DNA of 64,000 nucleotides from a candidate division WOR-3 bacterium (GCA_039802605.1 JBDRWW010000004.1:56566-120565); one strand, 5' to 3'. Counted from the stretch's first letter, positions 10,470 to 21,506 are shown. Translations and numbers: made by a program. The notes: generated from the letters alone by a model not told the origin.

Positions 10470-10910
10470 GTGCATATAACATTAAAGCCTAACGTTGCGA
10501 AAATAACTTTTAGGGGATTAAAGGATAGACCGGGCACGGCGGCGGATTTGATATATGTTTTAAAGGATGAGGGTTTTACCCTTTTGGCCGCAAGTTTTGA
10601 CAGTTCAACGGGGGGTGTGGGCGATATATCCTTTATCATTTATGAGAGTGAAGGTTTGAAGGCAAAACGCAAGAAGGAAGAAATAGCGGAAAGATCAGGG
10701 GCAAGGGAGGTTATAGTTGATGCGGGGCTATCTTTTTTGGAATTCTTTGATGTTTTAAACCTTGAAGAGGTTTTTGAGAGGTTTGCGAGTTTGGGTATTA
10801 ATATAGAGTTTATAGCAATGACTTCTGGACATTTGGGGGTGGCTTTCCGTAGGGCAAAGTTAAACGAAGTTATAGAAATGTTTCAAGCCGAAGTTATCAA
10901 TTCTTACTAA
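10470..10910 (+). CDS. Stand-alone ACT-domain protein (aspartokinase regulatory-domain-like)
   Basis: VAKITFRGLKDRPGTAA..DISF, and a second ACT VFERFASLGINIEFI. Confidence 0.7.
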   Translation: MHITLKPNVAKITFRGLKDRPGTAADLIYVLKDEGFTLLAASFDSSTGGVGDISFIIYESEGLKAKRKKEEIAERSGAREVIVDAGLSFLEFFDVLNLEEVFERFASLGINIEFIAMTSGHLGVAFRRAKLNEVIEMFQAEVINSY

Positions 10911-11218
10911 TGAAGAAGTGGATTTTGGTTATTTCCCCTTCAATTTTGGGGCTTTTCCTTTTGTCCTTCAAAAACGAAAACATTGACGAAAGCGTTGGCG
11001 TGATAGTATTGCAGTTTGTAATGCTCGTACTCTTTGGGTTGATAACTTTGAGTTGGGTTTCAAGGTATATAAAGTTTGTGTATATAAATTGGCTTTTCGC
11101 CTTTGTGGGGATTATGAATCTTGCAATTGGTATTTTCGTGTTTCTTAGATTTTTGGACGGATATATTTCCCTACCCTTTTTCCTTATAGCATCTTACAGT
11201 TTTTTCAAAGTAAAATAA
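10910..11218 (+). CDS. Small multi-pass membrane protein
   Basis: 102 aa, 3-4 hydrophobic segments, TAATG overlap with upstream gene. Confidence 0.6.
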   Translation: MKKWILVISPSILGLFLLSFKNENIDESVGVIVLQFVMLVLFGLITLSWVSRYIKFVYINWLFAFVGIMNLAIGIFVFLRFLDGYISLPFFLIASYSFFKVK

Positions 11219-11244
11219 AGTACTTCGGCCTTAGAATAAAAATA

Positions 11245-11752
11245 ATGCAAACCGTTATAAAAGGGAAAAATTTGTTAGAGGCTTTAACCTATGAGGTGGT
11301 TGATGGGAAACCCATTTATTACCGGGGTTATAAGGGTGTTTTGGAGGGTAAAAAACAACCGGAGGAGGTTATGGGAAGTTCAACTTTACAAGCACTTTTG
11401 GTTTCAAGGTTATTTAAGCATCTGCTAAAACTTGAAGACAGTTGTTGATATAGGGATATTTGAAAAAAACAAGTTTAAACTCTCGGAGGGGTATTCCGAT
11501 GTTGCCCCGATTGTTGCGATAGAGGTGGATACGAAGGCGGAATTGGAGAATATAACCTTTATGGAGTATGTTGGCGAAAAGGTTAAAGACCTGTTTGAAG
11601 CGGGAACACAAAGAGTTATATGGATATTAACAAAGCCGAAGATTGTTATGGTGTTTGAGAGGGGTAAAGAGGGAAGAATATTAACTTGGGAAGATGAGGT
11701 TGAGGTTTTACAAGGGCTAAGGGTTAAGTTGTTGGAACTCTTTCAGCATTAA
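11245..11752 (+). pseudogene. Uma2-family (DUF820-like) endonuclease, frameshifted by an internal deletion
   Basis: N-part YEVVDGKPIYYRGYK..EEVMGSS ends at stop 11448; C-part DIGIFE..PIVAIEVDTKA..GTQRVIWI is in another frame; TAGAAT 7 nt upstream of ATG. Confidence 0.8.
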
Positions 11753-11762
11753 AATGAAAGCA

Positions 11763-12244
11763 ATGGAAACCGTTGTTAAGGAAAAAAACCAGAAACTCCT
11801 GGAAGTTCTAACCTATGAGGTAGTTGATGGGAGACCCATTTATTACCGGGGCTATAAGGATGCTTTGGAGGGTAAAAAACAGCCGGAGGAGGTTATGGCA
11901 AGCGGCGCCCTACATTCCAAGATATTATAGCGTTAGATAAGTTTAGAATTTGTGTAGGTGAAGTCGGGGTAAAAATAAACGATAGAAACATTAGGAGCCT
12001 GGATATGGCCATTTTTTATACGGAAGATACAAAAATAGCCATAGAGATTGATATAAGGGCGAAAGTTAAGAATGACACGGATTATATAATTCAAAAAACA
12101 AACGATCTCCTAAGGTTCGGTGTTAAAAGGGTAATATGAGTGGTGTTTGAATTTGATAAGGATAAAGGGGGAAGAATCCTTCAATGGGACGATGAGGTTG
12201 AGGTTTTACAAGGGGTAAAGTTTAAGCTTTCGGAATTGGTTTAA
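11763..12244 (+). pseudogene. Second tandem Uma2-family endonuclease pseudogene
   Basis: METVVK..YEVVDGRPIYYRGYK..EEVMASG then frameshift; GEVGVKI..LDMAIFY..IAIEIDI..GVKRVI, TGA at 12137 where copy 1 has Trp, ..WDDEVEVLQG; DNA-level similarity to 11285-11375 and 11688-11728. Confidence 0.8.
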
Positions 12245-12939
12245 ACACCCCTTTTATTCCCCCAAATTCTTATATGTATCCTATCCGAATATCTTAAATT
12301 GTGTTTTTTGCAAAGTTTCACAACCTCTTCTGCCAAAGGCAAATTCCCACTAATCCCTTCCGGCATTAAAAAAACGGAAAAAGGTCTGATATGCCCGGGC
12401 AATCGTAGTTTTTCAAGTATATCAAGGATTTCCCATTCATCCCTTTGTGGGTCCGATATTACAAACTTTAAATATGCCCTACTTTGATGGATTAAAGGGG
12501 TAAATTCCCTTAAAACATCAAGGTTTATAGCGTTTTCGTTCCCACTACTCTTTAACTTTGGGGAAACCACAAAATAAACCCTATTATCATCCCTTAAAAT
12601 CGGTGGAAACGTGCCGTTTGTTTCAAATTGAAACATACCACCATCAACCCTTTTTATCCAATCCTCCCAAATTTTTGAATATAGCAGGGGTTCCCCTCCG
12701 GTTATAACCACTAAGGGTATTCCCCTTATATCATCCTTGAAATCATCAAATGTGTAGGGAAAACCCATTTCGTAATCCCCTTTGCTATACCTACTTTCCC
12801 CCCTAACATCCCAAGTATAATAGGAATCACACCATTCGCATTTAAGATTACAACCCCAAACCCTTAAAAAAAGTGAAACAACCCCGATAAAGGGCCCCTC
12901 CCCTTGAATACTAATAAACTTCTCAACCAAGCGTAACAT
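12241..12939 (-). CDS. queE: 7-carboxy-7-deazaguanine synthase (radical SAM)
   Basis: EKFISIQGEG, CNLKCEWCDS, ITGGEP, ETNGT, VSPKL, RIHIRIWG. Confidence 0.88.
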   Translation of the reverse strand: MLRLVEKFISIQGEGPFIGVVSLFLRVWGCNLKCEWCDSYYTWDVRGESRYSKGDYEMGFPYTFDDFKDDIRGIPLVVITGGEPLLYSKIWEDWIKRVDGGMFQFETNGTFPPILRDDNRVYFVVSPKLKSSGNENAINLDVLREFTPLIHQSRAYLKFVISDPQRDEWEILDILEKLRLPGHIRPFSVFLMPEGISGNLPLAEEVVKLCKKHNLRYSDRIHIRIWGNKRGV

Positions 12940-13711
12940 CCAAGAATAACATCAAAACCAAACCCAACATAAATCCGAATGTTGCCAACCTCTCGTGCCC
13001 AAACCTGTGGGTTTCCGGAATTATCTCATCGCTTATTACATACAACATGGCTCCGGCGGCAAAACCCATAGCATAGGGCAATATCGGTTTGAATAAATAT
13101 ACCAAGGTTGCACCCAGAATTGCCAGAGGTAATTCTATCAAACCCGAGCGCAATCCGGTATAAAATGCGTAAAACCTCTTACCTAAACCCGCGTTTATAG
13201 CCCCCAAAGAAACCGCCAAGCCTTCCGGTATATTCTGTATTCCTATCGCAAGCATCAGAATAATGGCTTCTTTCAAATTTCCCGAACCAAAACCAACCCC
13301 AACCGCCAGACCCTCGGGGGCATTGTGTATAGTTATCGCTATTATGAAAAGTATAACCCCCTTTAACCTCTTAACATCAACACCCTCCCTACCCCTTATA
13401 AAGTGTTCGTGAGGAATTAAGTGGTCTGCCAAGTCCATAACAACCGCCCCGAGAATTAAACCCATTAAAACCGGAAAGATACCTCCTATTTCTATGCCCG
13501 GTAATATCAAACTCGTAAAACTCGCCGCAAGCATAACACCCGCCGCAAAGCCCAAAGAGGAATCAAGAAACTTTTGTGATACATTCCCCAAAAATATCAC
13601 AAATAACGCCCCAAGGGTATTAAGGGTCACTATCACTATACCTCCAAAAAATCCATGCCATATTGGGTTATTGGGTAGGTAATTTTCAAAGATCTTTATT
13701 ATGAGTTCCAT
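12923..13711 (-). CDS. ZIP-family (GufA/ZupT-like) metal transporter
   Basis: GFAAGVMLAASFTSLI, PHEH, TIHNAPEGLAVG, IQNIPEG, DEIIPETH. Confidence 0.9.
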   Translation of the reverse strand: MELIIKIFENYLPNNPIWHGFFGGIVIVTLNTLGALFVIFLGNVSQKFLDSSLGFAAGVMLAASFTSLILPGIEIGGIFPVLMGLILGAVVMDLADHLIPHEHFIRGREGVDVKRLKGVILFIIAITIHNAPEGLAVGVGFGSGNLKEAIILMLAIGIQNIPEGLAVSLGAINAGLGKRFYAFYTGLRSGLIELPLAILGATLVYLFKPILPYAMGFAAGAMLYVISDEIIPETHRFGHERLATFGFMLGLVLMLFLDVTLG

Positions 13712-14865
13712 ATAGCCTTTCTAACCTCTTCCATCGTACTTTCCGCAACATTTAAAGCCTTTTTGGAACCTTCAATTATAATATCCATAACATCGTCATC
13801 GGATATGTTTTCAGCCTTTTCCCTATAAGGTTCAAGGGATTTTATGAGATTATCGGTTAGCCTATTCTTACACTCCACGCATCCGAGTTTTCCGGATTTG
13901 CAATCACCTTCTATTTGTTGCGTTTCGTTTTGGTTAAACGCCTTATGAAGGTAAAATATCGGACATATCTCCGGTCTTCCGGGGTCGTTTTTCCTGATCT
14001 TCATGGGGTCGGTTATGCTCCTTCTAACCTTCTCCCTTATTGTATGCGGTTCATCGGAAATGAATATGGCGTTGTTATAGGATTTTGACATTTTCCTCCC
14101 ATCCGTTCCCAATATTTTTGGTATTTCCGTTAATAGGGGTTCGGGTATTGGGAAAACTTCGCCATAAATCCTATTAAAATCTCTCGCTATCTCCCTGCTG
14201 AGTTCTAAGTGTGGCAATTGATCCTCCCCTATTGGAACAACTTCTCCCTTATAAAGTAGTATATCAGCCGCCTGTAAAACCGGATAACCCAAAAATCCAT
14301 AAGATATTTCCGATGGTATTGTGCCCTCTTCAATGTCTGCAAAGGATAACCTCTCAAAAATCTCCTCTTTTATTCTACCTATTAAACTCCTCAACATATT
14401 CTCACCTTTAACTTCATCTTCGTTTCTTATGAATTCGGCTATGCTTTTAATCTCACCCTCAACCGATAAGTTTTCAAGGTTTAATGAAACCTTAACTTCG
14501 CTTTTCTTTTTTCTTATCTCCGCAACCTTTTCCTTAAATGTGGGATTTCTCAAAAGTCTATTTACGGAAACGAGCATGGAGAATGCCAAGTGCAATTCCG
14601 CATGTTGTGGAACCAAAGATTGCCTAAAAATAACGGATCTTTCCGGGTCTATACCAACCGCAAGCCAATCCTTAACCATATCCAAGGTATTCCTGGAAAT
14701 ATCCTTATTTCTTGTGGGGTCATCTGTTAGGGCATGCCAATCCGCAATTTCAAAATAGCAGTTGTATTCGTTCTGTAAATTAACCCAATTTTCAAGGACA
14801 CCCTTTAAATGCCCCAAATGCATCCTACCCGTCGGTCTCATACCCGATAAAACCGTTTTTTTCAT
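13699..14865 (-). CDS. trpS: Tryptophan--tRNA ligase with internal charged insertion
   Basis: SGMRPTGRMHLGH, YPVLQAADIL, GEDQLPH, KMSKS; start moved to ATG 14865 (MKKTVLSG). Confidence 0.95.
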   Translation of the reverse strand: MKKTVLSGMRPTGRMHLGHLKGVLENWVNLQNEYNCYFEIADWHALTDDPTRNKDISRNTLDMVKDWLAVGIDPERSVIFRQSLVPQHAELHLAFSMLVSVNRLLRNPTFKEKVAEIRKKKSEVKVSLNLENLSVEGEIKSIAEFIRNEDEVKGENMLRSLIGRIKEEIFERLSFADIEEGTIPSEISYGFLGYPVLQAADILLYKGEVVPIGEDQLPHLELSREIARDFNRIYGEVFPIPEPLLTEIPKILGTDGRKMSKSYNNAIFISDEPHTIREKVRRSITDPMKIRKNDPGRPEICPIFYLHKAFNQNETQQIEGDCKSGKLGCVECKNRLTDNLIKSLEPYREKAENISDDDVMDIIIEGSKKALNVAESTMEEVRKAIWNS

Positions 14866-14875
14866 AAGGGTTGGT

Positions 14876-14908
14876 ATTCTAAGCCCGCACGGTTTTCCCC
14901 CATATAAT
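14876..14908. promoter_or_regulatory. Divergent pair of -10 boxes (trpS / esterase)
   Basis: Minus TAGAAT 14881-14876 (10 nt to ATG); plus TATAAT 14903-14908 (9 nt to ATG). Confidence 0.6.
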
Positions 14909-14917
14909 ACCCGCATT

Positions 14918-16267
14918 ATGAAAAGGTTTTTGGTTTTATTATCCTTAGGCCTATTTCTAATATATGGATGTAAGAAGGCCGGTCAGGAGGTATTGGAGAT
15001 CAAAAAGGGTAAGATAGAAGAGGTTATAATAAATGTACATCCCGCCCTCGGTATAGTGAATCCAAAGGCTTTGGTATATTTACCACCAGATTACGACCCA
15101 AACAAGAAATATCCGGTTATTTATATGCTCCATGGGTTTGGAGGTGATTATAGGACATATGTGTATTACAACGGGGTTAATGAGATACTTGACTATATGA
15201 TTTCCACCGGGCAAATGGACCCGGTTATAGTTGTTATGCCCGATGGTAGAAACCTCGTAGGCGGTTCATTTTATACGAATTCAAGGCTTTATGACCCTTC
15301 AAGTCAAACATATATGCCATTAACGGTATTCGGGGATTACGAAACATATATGATAGACAGCTTGGTTGCGCAAATAGAAAGGAAATATCCCGTTAAAGGT
15401 GGTAGGGAAAATAGGGCTATTATGGGTTTGTCAATGGGCTCATACGGTTCGGCAAAACTATGGTTAAAGCACGCGGACATGTTTGGAGTTGTCGCTTTAC
15501 ATTCGGGTCCATTGGCGTTTGATATGTTAATTGACGAAAATGTTGTTGATAGTTTGTTAAAGGATTTTGAGGAAATAGGTGGTAAAAAACTCTGGATAAA
15601 GGATTACCTTGGAAGGGAACACCCCTGGCTAACCCTCGGCAACGGTTTGTCCGCGGCCTTTACCCCAAGGGTTGTCCCTTATAGCAACCCCACAGATTGG
15701 AGGGTCATACAGAACTGTTATTATCCGGGGGGTTTGGATTCCATAAACGGTGATTTCCTGCTTGATACCATGTTTATACCATCCTTTGGGATAAAGGTTT
15801 GTGTTGGTGTAAGGTTTCCAATGAGGTGGGATACAACGGGTCCTTATGCCTCATGCCTAACAACCGAACAGCAGGCCAAGCCCAACGCAAAGATGATATC
15901 CGAGGATTTTTGCGTTTGGAAAAAGTATCACGATCCATACACATTAATAGATTCCGCGGAGATTAATTTCCCAACGGAGTTTAGAAATACAAAGGTTTAT
16001 ATTGATGTGGGGTTAAAGGATGAACTAACCCTTTTGTCCCATAATAGAAAGTTTAAGGATAAGCTAAGGTCCAAGGGTTTAACAAACATCGTTTATGTTG
16101 AATTTGATGGCGCTTTGGGTTATCCAGCCGAACTCTTCCCCGGAAAGCACAGCAATTGGCTTTATGCGAGGCTGAAGAAATCCTTCACATTCATAAACAG
16201 GGCGTTCAAAGGCGAGGATATAAAAGCCGGTGAGTATAAGCAGTACGAAGGAAAAGACTATGAGTGA
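14918..16267 (+). CDS. Lipoprotein esterase (alpha/beta hydrolase, putative-esterase/CE1-like)
   Basis: Lipobox LIYGC after [29 protein letters not shown] nucleophile; DVGLKDE; GKH; start moved to 14918. Confidence 0.85.
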   Translation: MKRFLVLLSLGLFLIYGCKKAGQEVLEIKKGKIEEVIINVHPALGIVNPKALVYLPPDYDPNKKYPVIYMLHGFGGDYRTYVYYNGVNEILDYMISTGQMDPVIVVMPDGRNLVGGSFYTNSRLYDPSSQTYMPLTVFGDYETYMIDSLVAQIERKYPVKGGRENRAIMGLSMGSYGSAKLWLKHADMFGVVALHSGPLAFDMLIDENVVDSLLKDFEEIGGKKLWIKDYLGREHPWLTLGNGLSAAFTPRVVPYSNPTDWRVIQNCYYPGGLDSINGDFLLDTMFIPSFGIKVCVGVRFPMRWDTTGPYASCLTTEQQAKPNAKMISEDFCVWKKYHDPYTLIDSAEINFPTEFRNTKVYIDVGLKDELTLLSHNRKFKDKLRSKGLTNIVYVEFDGALGYPAELFPGKHSNWLYARLKKSFTFINRAFKGEDIKAGEYKQYEGKDYE

Positions 16268-16742
16268 GGTTTATAAGGTTTTGAAAGAAAGTTTTGGCGA
16301 AAAAATAGGGCCGGAGATAGAGGATAGGGGTGAAAGGAGCATATATGTTGATAGGGATGTTATAGTTGATGTTATAAGGTTGTCCAAAGAGGCATTGGGT
16401 TTTGATATGATAATATACATTACCGCCGTTGATTATCTGGATTGGAAGCATAAAAGACCCACAAACAAAAGGTTTGAGGTGGTTTATAACCTCTACTCCA
16501 CGCAGAGGAGGGAAAGGATAAGGTTTAAGGTGGCAGTTGATGAAAATGAGGATATTCCTAGTATAACGGGTGTTTTTAAGGGTGCCAATTGGATGGAAAG
16601 GGAAGTCTATGATATGTTCGGCATAAAGTTCTCGGGTCATCCCGATTTGAGGAGGATTTTACTCTGGGAAGGGTTTCCCGGCCATCCGCTTAGAAAGGAC
16701 TTTTCCGAAAGGAGATTTGTTCCAATACCACCCAACGAGTGA
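16260..16742 (+). CDS. nuoC: NADH-quinone oxidoreductase subunit C
   Basis: [50 protein letters not shown]. Confidence 0.92.
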   Translation: MSEVYKVLKESFGEKIGPEIEDRGERSIYVDRDVIVDVIRLSKEALGFDMIIYITAVDYLDWKHKRPTNKRFEVVYNLYSTQRRERIRFKVAVDENEDIPSITGVFKGANWMEREVYDMFGIKFSGHPDLRRILLWEGFPGHPLRKDFSERRFVPIPPNE

Positions 16743-17494
16743 TATTATTATTGGCCTTTGACAGTTTAAGCGTTGATTCTCTGTGGAAAATTGCAAAAAA
16801 GTGGCGTGCGGGGTATGATGTTGCTATTGTGGATTCCGCGCGGGATAGAATAATTTCCATAGGTGAAGGGGCGATTTTTTATATAATAAAAAAGCACATA
16901 TCAAAGAAGGATAGGCTTGGGGTAAGGGCTGTAAGGGATATGTGTTTAAAAAAACCGGAATACTGCACAAGGGGTATATCTTACCTCTTGGATTTAAGGG
17001 ATACAATAGCCCTTAAAAATGCCCTTTATGTATCCTCGGAGGTGAAAATACCGGGTTTGGAGGGAAAACTCCTAGATGTTTTAAAAAGGCAGAAAAAGGG
17101 CCCTTGGATAAGCAGAACTTTAAGGGCTATATATAAATCGGGTGATGATAGGGTTTGTAATGTATTGAAGGGTTATTTAAATCATCCTTACGAGTATGTT
17201 AGGATGAGGGCGGCTTTGTTGGTGGGAGAAAAGGGGTGTATAAAACTCAAAGGTTATATGTGGAAGATGATGAAGGATAGCGTTTTTACCGTTAGGGATG
17301 CCGCCAAATTGTCCTTGGCGAAACTCGGGTTTTCATTAAACGAATTTGAAAAAAACATAGAGAAAATCCCCGATTACGAGGTTATGAAACTCCTATATAT
17401 GAATTGTCCTTCGGGAGATTACCTAAGGGTTGCCGAAAAGAATGTCGATAAAAGGATTTTCAACACTTGGATAGATTTTATAAGTTGCAAGTAG
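16739..17494 (+). CDS. HEAT-repeat protein with short hydrophobic N-terminus
   Basis: [37 protein letters not shown]. Confidence 0.65.
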   Translation: MILLLAFDSLSVDSLWKIAKKWRAGYDVAIVDSARDRIISIGEGAIFYIIKKHISKKDRLGVRAVRDMCLKKPEYCTRGISYLLDLRDTIALKNALYVSSEVKIPGLEGKLLDVLKRQKKGPWISRTLRAIYKSGDDRVCNVLKGYLNHPYEYVRMRAALLVGEKGCIKLKGYMWKMMKDSVFTVRDAAKLSLAKLGFSLNEFEKNIEKIPDYEVMKLLYMNCPSGDYLRVAEKNVDKRIFNTWIDFISCK

Positions 17495-18825
17495 GGAAAA
17501 CGGCGGGTAATGTATTAAAGGTTTTTTCCGGACAAAGCTTATCCTTTGTCATAAACACATTCACGGGTTTTTTACTCCTCCACTATTTAACACCCGATGA
17601 TTTTGGGCTTTATAGTGTCCCAGCGGATTTCATAAACATGGTGGTTTTGGGGGTTTTATCGCTCTTTACAAACTTAAACCAAAAGTTCATATCGGAATAC
17701 CTCGGAAGGGGCGAGGTAAATAAGTTAAAGGGGGTTCTATGGTTGTCCCTGCTATACTTTTCCGCTTGGGGTATTATATTCTCTGTGGTTTTTTTAGCCT
17801 TTGCGGAGTACATATCGGAATACATTATGAGAAATCCGGAATACTCATACCCTTTACGTTTATATTCGTTCGGAATTCCTTTTTTGGCCTTATCCCTTTA
17901 CATGTCTTCGGTTTTAAACGGTTTTGGAAAATTTAGGGAATTAGCCTTAAACGATGTAATTATACCAACGGTTTCAAGGGCAATTTTTTTGGTAATCCTA
18001 TTACCCCTTTACCCATTAAAGGTTTTTGTCGCCATATTCTCCACAAACATAAAGTATTTTGTGAATTTCTTGAGCAATTTATGGGTATCTTGGGGGGTGT
18101 TAAGGAAAGTGTTTTTCGGGCAAAAGGAATACGACTTTAAATCTTGGCTTAGGTATGGGATTCCGATTTGGTTGAAGTATTGGTTAGGACTTATACAAAA
18201 CAACATAAAACCGGTTCTTGTGGGTTCCTTTGTTGGAGTATTTTCCGGGGGTGTTTTTAAAGCCGCCTCTTTGATTTCAAGCGGGGTATATATCCTTGAA
18301 GTATCGGTTTCAAATGTCCTTTTCATAGAGTTGAGTAAGGAAATTGGAAGGGGAAACTTTTTTAATTCGGCTTTGAGGATTAGGGGTATAACCCTTAAAA
18401 TGTCCGCCATTATGGGTGTATTTTCTTTAATATCCGCAGTTTTAGGAGTATTGGTTTTAAGGTTTTTCGGTAAGGGTTATGAGGGAGGGGGAATAATATT
18501 ATCCGTGATTATCTTGGGGTATTATATAAATTCCCTTTCTGGGATTTGGCAGGCATTTTTACAAGCCTCGGGGAGGTCGGATATGGTATTTTTAATATCT
18601 TTGGTGTATTCCGTTGTAGACATTGGTTTGGTCTTGATGCTTATAAAACCATTGGGGATACTGGGGGCAGCTTTATCCTTTCCTATATCCGCCGTGTTAA
18701 TAACCCTTTTGAGGTTTTATTTGTTTTATAAAATAAGCGGTGTTAAACCTATGGGATTAAAAACGCTTATTCTATCTTCCACCTTCGTAGTACTGTTCTT
18801 GATAATCATACCCGTAATCGCATAA
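17467..18825 (+). CDS. Polysaccharide flippase (Wzx/MOP family); start may be TTG 17485
   Basis: 12-14 TM segments; LTPDDFGLYS; LIKPLGILGAALS. Confidence 0.8.
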   Translation: MDRFYKLQVGKTAGNVLKVFSGQSLSFVINTFTGFLLLHYLTPDDFGLYSVPADFINMVVLGVLSLFTNLNQKFISEYLGRGEVNKLKGVLWLSLLYFSAWGIIFSVVFLAFAEYISEYIMRNPEYSYPLRLYSFGIPFLALSLYMSSVLNGFGKFRELALNDVIIPTVSRAIFLVILLPLYPLKVFVAIFSTNIKYFVNFLSNLWVSWGVLRKVFFGQKEYDFKSWLRYGIPIWLKYWLGLIQNNIKPVLVGSFVGVFSGGVFKAASLISSGVYILEVSVSNVLFIELSKEIGRGNFFNSALRIRGITLKMSAIMGVFSLISAVLGVLVLRFFGKGYEGGGIILSVIILGYYINSLSGIWQAFLQASGRSDMVFLISLVYSVVDIGLVLMLIKPLGILGAALSFPISAVLITLLRFYLFYKISGVKPMGLKTLILSSTFVVLFLIIIPVIA

Positions 18826-19923
18826 TCCTTCCAACAAGCCCTTAATCCTATTTTCAAAAGCCTCTATTTTTACCTTGGAATAATCCGAATATATCTCAAA
18901 GTATTCGGCAAAACTTATTCCACCCCCCTCGTAAAACCTCTTGGCAGCATTTATAAGGTTTTTGTAATGTAATATATCCCTTTCTGGTCTAGAAATTTTA
19001 AAATTTGGCTCCAAGTTTTGCAAATTCCCCTTTATGGTTTCCAATCTCTTTAAAGAGTGTGCGGCCTTGGAATATAACCTCTTCGTTTCATCAAATTCAA
19101 AAACTACCCTAAAACCCACAACCGTTGAAGGGGTGGTTATGTTCCCGTTCCAAACCTCACCGAATAGGTAAAGTTTTGGAAACCACCATAAGGATTCCGC
19201 AAAAGCCTTATAGTTTAAGGCTTTAATCTTTAAGCTGTCAGAGGATTTTGCGCATTGGGGCTTAAAGTTTTGATTAAGTTCCAGGCCTTCAAGGGTTATA
19301 TCCAAAAGACTTTCAAGAGAATCCTTCAAGGATTTTTGGGTTTTTATGAAATATTCCCTTAAATCCTTTAAACCTTCAACTTCCCCCTTTATCCTTTCAA
19401 GCTTATAACCTTCCAGTCTTTTTAATCCCCCAAGGGTATCAAGTTTTACCAATAATTCTTCGCCCAAACTTATAAGGGAATCCAATACGCTTATTACACT
19501 GTCCAGATTTATCAAAATCCTGAGATAAACCCTTAAATTGTTTTTAACATTTTCCTTTAAGCCCTCTATCTTTGAATACTCCCATTCCCTCATATACCGG
19601 GAAGATTTTATTGCAAATATAACCTGAGGGTTTAACGGATTCCAATAAAAACCAAAGCCCCATCTCCTCCAAAAGGGGTAGCCAATTTCAATCTCCCTCT
19701 CCGTAAGCCTGAGGTTTACGGTATCGGCATATTGAACCCTTATAGTGGGCAAAGGCGATATGTTAAATTCATCGTAAAATAGATACAGTTTTGGGAATAG
19801 GTATCCCTTTGGAATATCGTAGATAGCCTTCAAGTCGGAATAAACCCAAAAAGTTTTGCTCTCAAAAATCCTGTCAAAGACCCTTAAAATACTGTCTTCC
19901 GTGATGGAAAGTATGAAGATCAA
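18772..19923 (-). CDS. Hypothetical envelope protein, possibly a divergent TolC-like outer membrane protein
   Basis: Two repeats of PKLYLF beta segments plus long helices; RFYEGGGISFAEY resembles the TolC C-terminal motif. Confidence 0.45.
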   Translation of the reverse strand: MIFILSITEDSILRVFDRIFESKTFWVYSDLKAIYDIPKGYLFPKLYLFYDEFNISPLPTIRVQYADTVNLRLTEREIEIGYPFWRRWGFGFYWNPLNPQVIFAIKSSRYMREWEYSKIEGLKENVKNNLRVYLRILINLDSVISVLDSLISLGEELLVKLDTLGGLKRLEGYKLERIKGEVEGLKDLREYFIKTQKSLKDSLESLLDITLEGLELNQNFKPQCAKSSDSLKIKALNYKAFAESLWWFPKLYLFGEVWNGNITTPSTVVGFRVVFEFDETKRLYSKAAHSLKRLETIKGNLQNLEPNFKISRPERDILHYKNLINAAKRFYEGGGISFAEYFEIYSDYSKVKIEAFENRIKGLLEGLCDYGYDYQEQYYEGGR

Positions 19924-19930
19924 GTGCGAT

Positions 19931-19960
19931 AGTTTAAAGTTGTAAAATTTCCTTTAAAAT
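19931..19960. promoter_or_regulatory. Divergent pair of -10 boxes
   Basis: Minus acaactt-TAAACT 19936-19931 (7 nt to TTG); plus TAAAAT 19955-19960 (8 nt to ATG). Confidence 0.55.
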
Positions 19961-19968
19961 ACTCGCTT

Positions 19969-20484
19969 ATGAAAGTAATTGAGGAAAGGGTTGTATATAA
20001 GGGGAAGTTTATGGATTTTGTGGTTTTGAGGTATGAGAAGGGGGGTAAGGTTTATGATAGGCAACTCGTTAAGCATCCCGGTGCCGTTGTTATAATTCCC
20101 GTTATGGATGACGGAGGGGTTATATACGAGAAACAATTTAGGTTTGCGGTTGGAGGGTATATATACGAGTTACCCGCTGGAACGCTTGAACCGAACGAAG
20201 ACCCCTTGGAAACCGCAAAAAGGGAGTTGATAGAGGAAACCGGATATGAAGCGGGAACTTGGGAAAAGTTGGCGGAGTTTTACCTGGCACCGGGCTATTC
20301 AACGGAGTATATGCATTTGTATTTGGCAAGGGATTTAAAGTTCGTTGGAAGAAAACTTGACGGGGATGAGGATATAGAGGTTGTTATATGGACTAAGGAG
20401 GATATAGAGAGGGGAATAAGGGAGGGGATAATAAGGGATGCCAAAACCCTCATAGGTAGTATGTTTTATCTAAACAGGCTTTAA
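19969..20484 (+). CDS. nudF: NUDIX hydrolase, ADP-ribose pyrophosphatase-like
   Basis: [40 protein letters not shown]. Confidence 0.85.
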   Translation: MKVIEERVVYKGKFMDFVVLRYEKGGKVYDRQLVKHPGAVVIIPVMDDGGVIYEKQFRFAVGGYIYELPAGTLEPNEDPLETAKRELIEETGYEAGTWEKLAEFYLAPGYSTEYMHLYLARDLKFVGRKLDGDEDIEVVIWTKEDIERGIREGIIRDAKTLIGSMFYLNRL

Positions 20485-20495
20485 AATACCCGCCT

Positions 20496-21047
20496 ATGGT
20501 TAAATCGGATAAGTGGATAGAAAAAATGGCCAAGGAATACGGCATGATTGAACCCTTTGAACCAAGCCTTGTTAGGGATGGAAAAATATCATTTGGTTTA
20601 TCATCTTATGGCTACGATATAAGGGTGGCCGACGAGTATTATATATTTACCAATGCTTATATGACCGTTGTGGATCCAAAAAACTTTGACGAAAGGTCTT
20701 TTGTATATCACAAGGGGGATTATTGCATAATACCACCGAATTCCTTTTGCCTCGCCCGCAGCGTTGAATATTTTAGAATCCCAAGAAATGTTATAGGTAT
20801 ATGCCTTGGGAAATCAACATATGCAAGGTGTGGAATAATCGTCAATATTACACCCCTTGAACCGGAATGGGAGGGGCATTTAACCATAGAAATATCCAAC
20901 ACAACCCCATTACCCGCAAAGATATACTCATACGAAGGTATAGCCCAATTGATATTCATAGAAGCCGATGAGGTTTGTAGGGTTAGTTACGCGGATAGGA
21001 AGGGCAAGTATCAAGGGCAAAAGGGTATAAACCTTCCGAAGATATGA
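20496..21047 (+). CDS. dcd: dCTP deaminase
   Basis: [39 protein letters not shown] 8 nt upstream. Confidence 0.95.
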   Translation: MVKSDKWIEKMAKEYGMIEPFEPSLVRDGKISFGLSSYGYDIRVADEYYIFTNAYMTVVDPKNFDERSFVYHKGDYCIIPPNSFCLARSVEYFRIPRNVIGICLGKSTYARCGIIVNITPLEPEWEGHLTIEISNTTPLPAKIYSYEGIAQLIFIEADEVCRVSYADRKGKYQGQKGINLPKI

Positions 21048-21499
21048 AAAAGTGGGTAATATTGGGTGAAAGGACTTATGAGGTTGATACATCAAAGGAA
21101 AATATACATTTTGTTGAGTTGGATAGGGGTATAAACCTCGCCTTTATAGACGGAAAACCCATTGTTTTCAGGGTTAAAGCTTATGGAAACTCGGGGGAAA
21201 TAGAAACCCCTTTAATACACGCCGAATTCAAAACATTTAAATCCCTACCCAAGGATTTCTCGGAGGAAAAGACCGCTATGGTTCAACAAATAAAATCCCC
21301 TATGCCCGCTTTGGTTGTGGAGGTGAATAAAAATGTTGGGGATAGGGTTCAAAGGGGTGAAACGGTTATAACAATTGAGGCTATGAAGATGAGAACCCAA
21401 TTAAAGGCAAAAATTGAAGGTGTCGTCAAACATGTATATGTTTCCAAAGGGGTAAATGTTGGCAAGGGGCAACTTTTAGCGGTCATAGAAAGGGAATAG
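21044..21499 (+). CDS. Biotin carboxyl carrier protein / biotinyl-domain protein
   Basis: IKSPMPA..IEAMKM..V.KGQLL. Confidence 0.88.
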   Translation: MKKWVILGERTYEVDTSKENIHFVELDRGINLAFIDGKPIVFRVKAYGNSGEIETPLIHAEFKTFKSLPKDFSEEKTAMVQQIKSPMPALVVEVNKNVGDRVQRGETVITIEAMKMRTQLKAKIEGVVKHVYVSKGVNVGKGQLLAVIERE

Positions 21500-21506
21500 A
21501 TGTTTT

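Noticed and set aside
11432..11448. Programmed frameshift in Uma2 copy 1
   Set aside because: A conserved ~25-aa block is missing at the junction, so deletion is the simpler explanation; no slippery heptamer
12137..12139. In-frame TGA at a Trp position suggesting recoding
   Set aside because: TGA terminates many intact genes here and TGG is used for Trp; the gene has other lesions
11245..12939. queE next to nuclease genes, plus queD elsewhere, as a 7-deazaguanine DNA modification (dpd) system
   Set aside because: No dpdA/tgt-like gene here; queE is convergent and sits in the trpS-ZIP unit; ordinary queuosine synthesis explains it
14310..14530. Intein in TrpRS
   Set aside because: Too short and lacks the N-terminal C/S and C-terminal HN splice motifs
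14762..14917. Apparent head-to-head overlap of the trpS and esterase ORFs
   Set aside because: Artefact of longest-ORF calling; true starts are 14865 (-) and 14918 (+)
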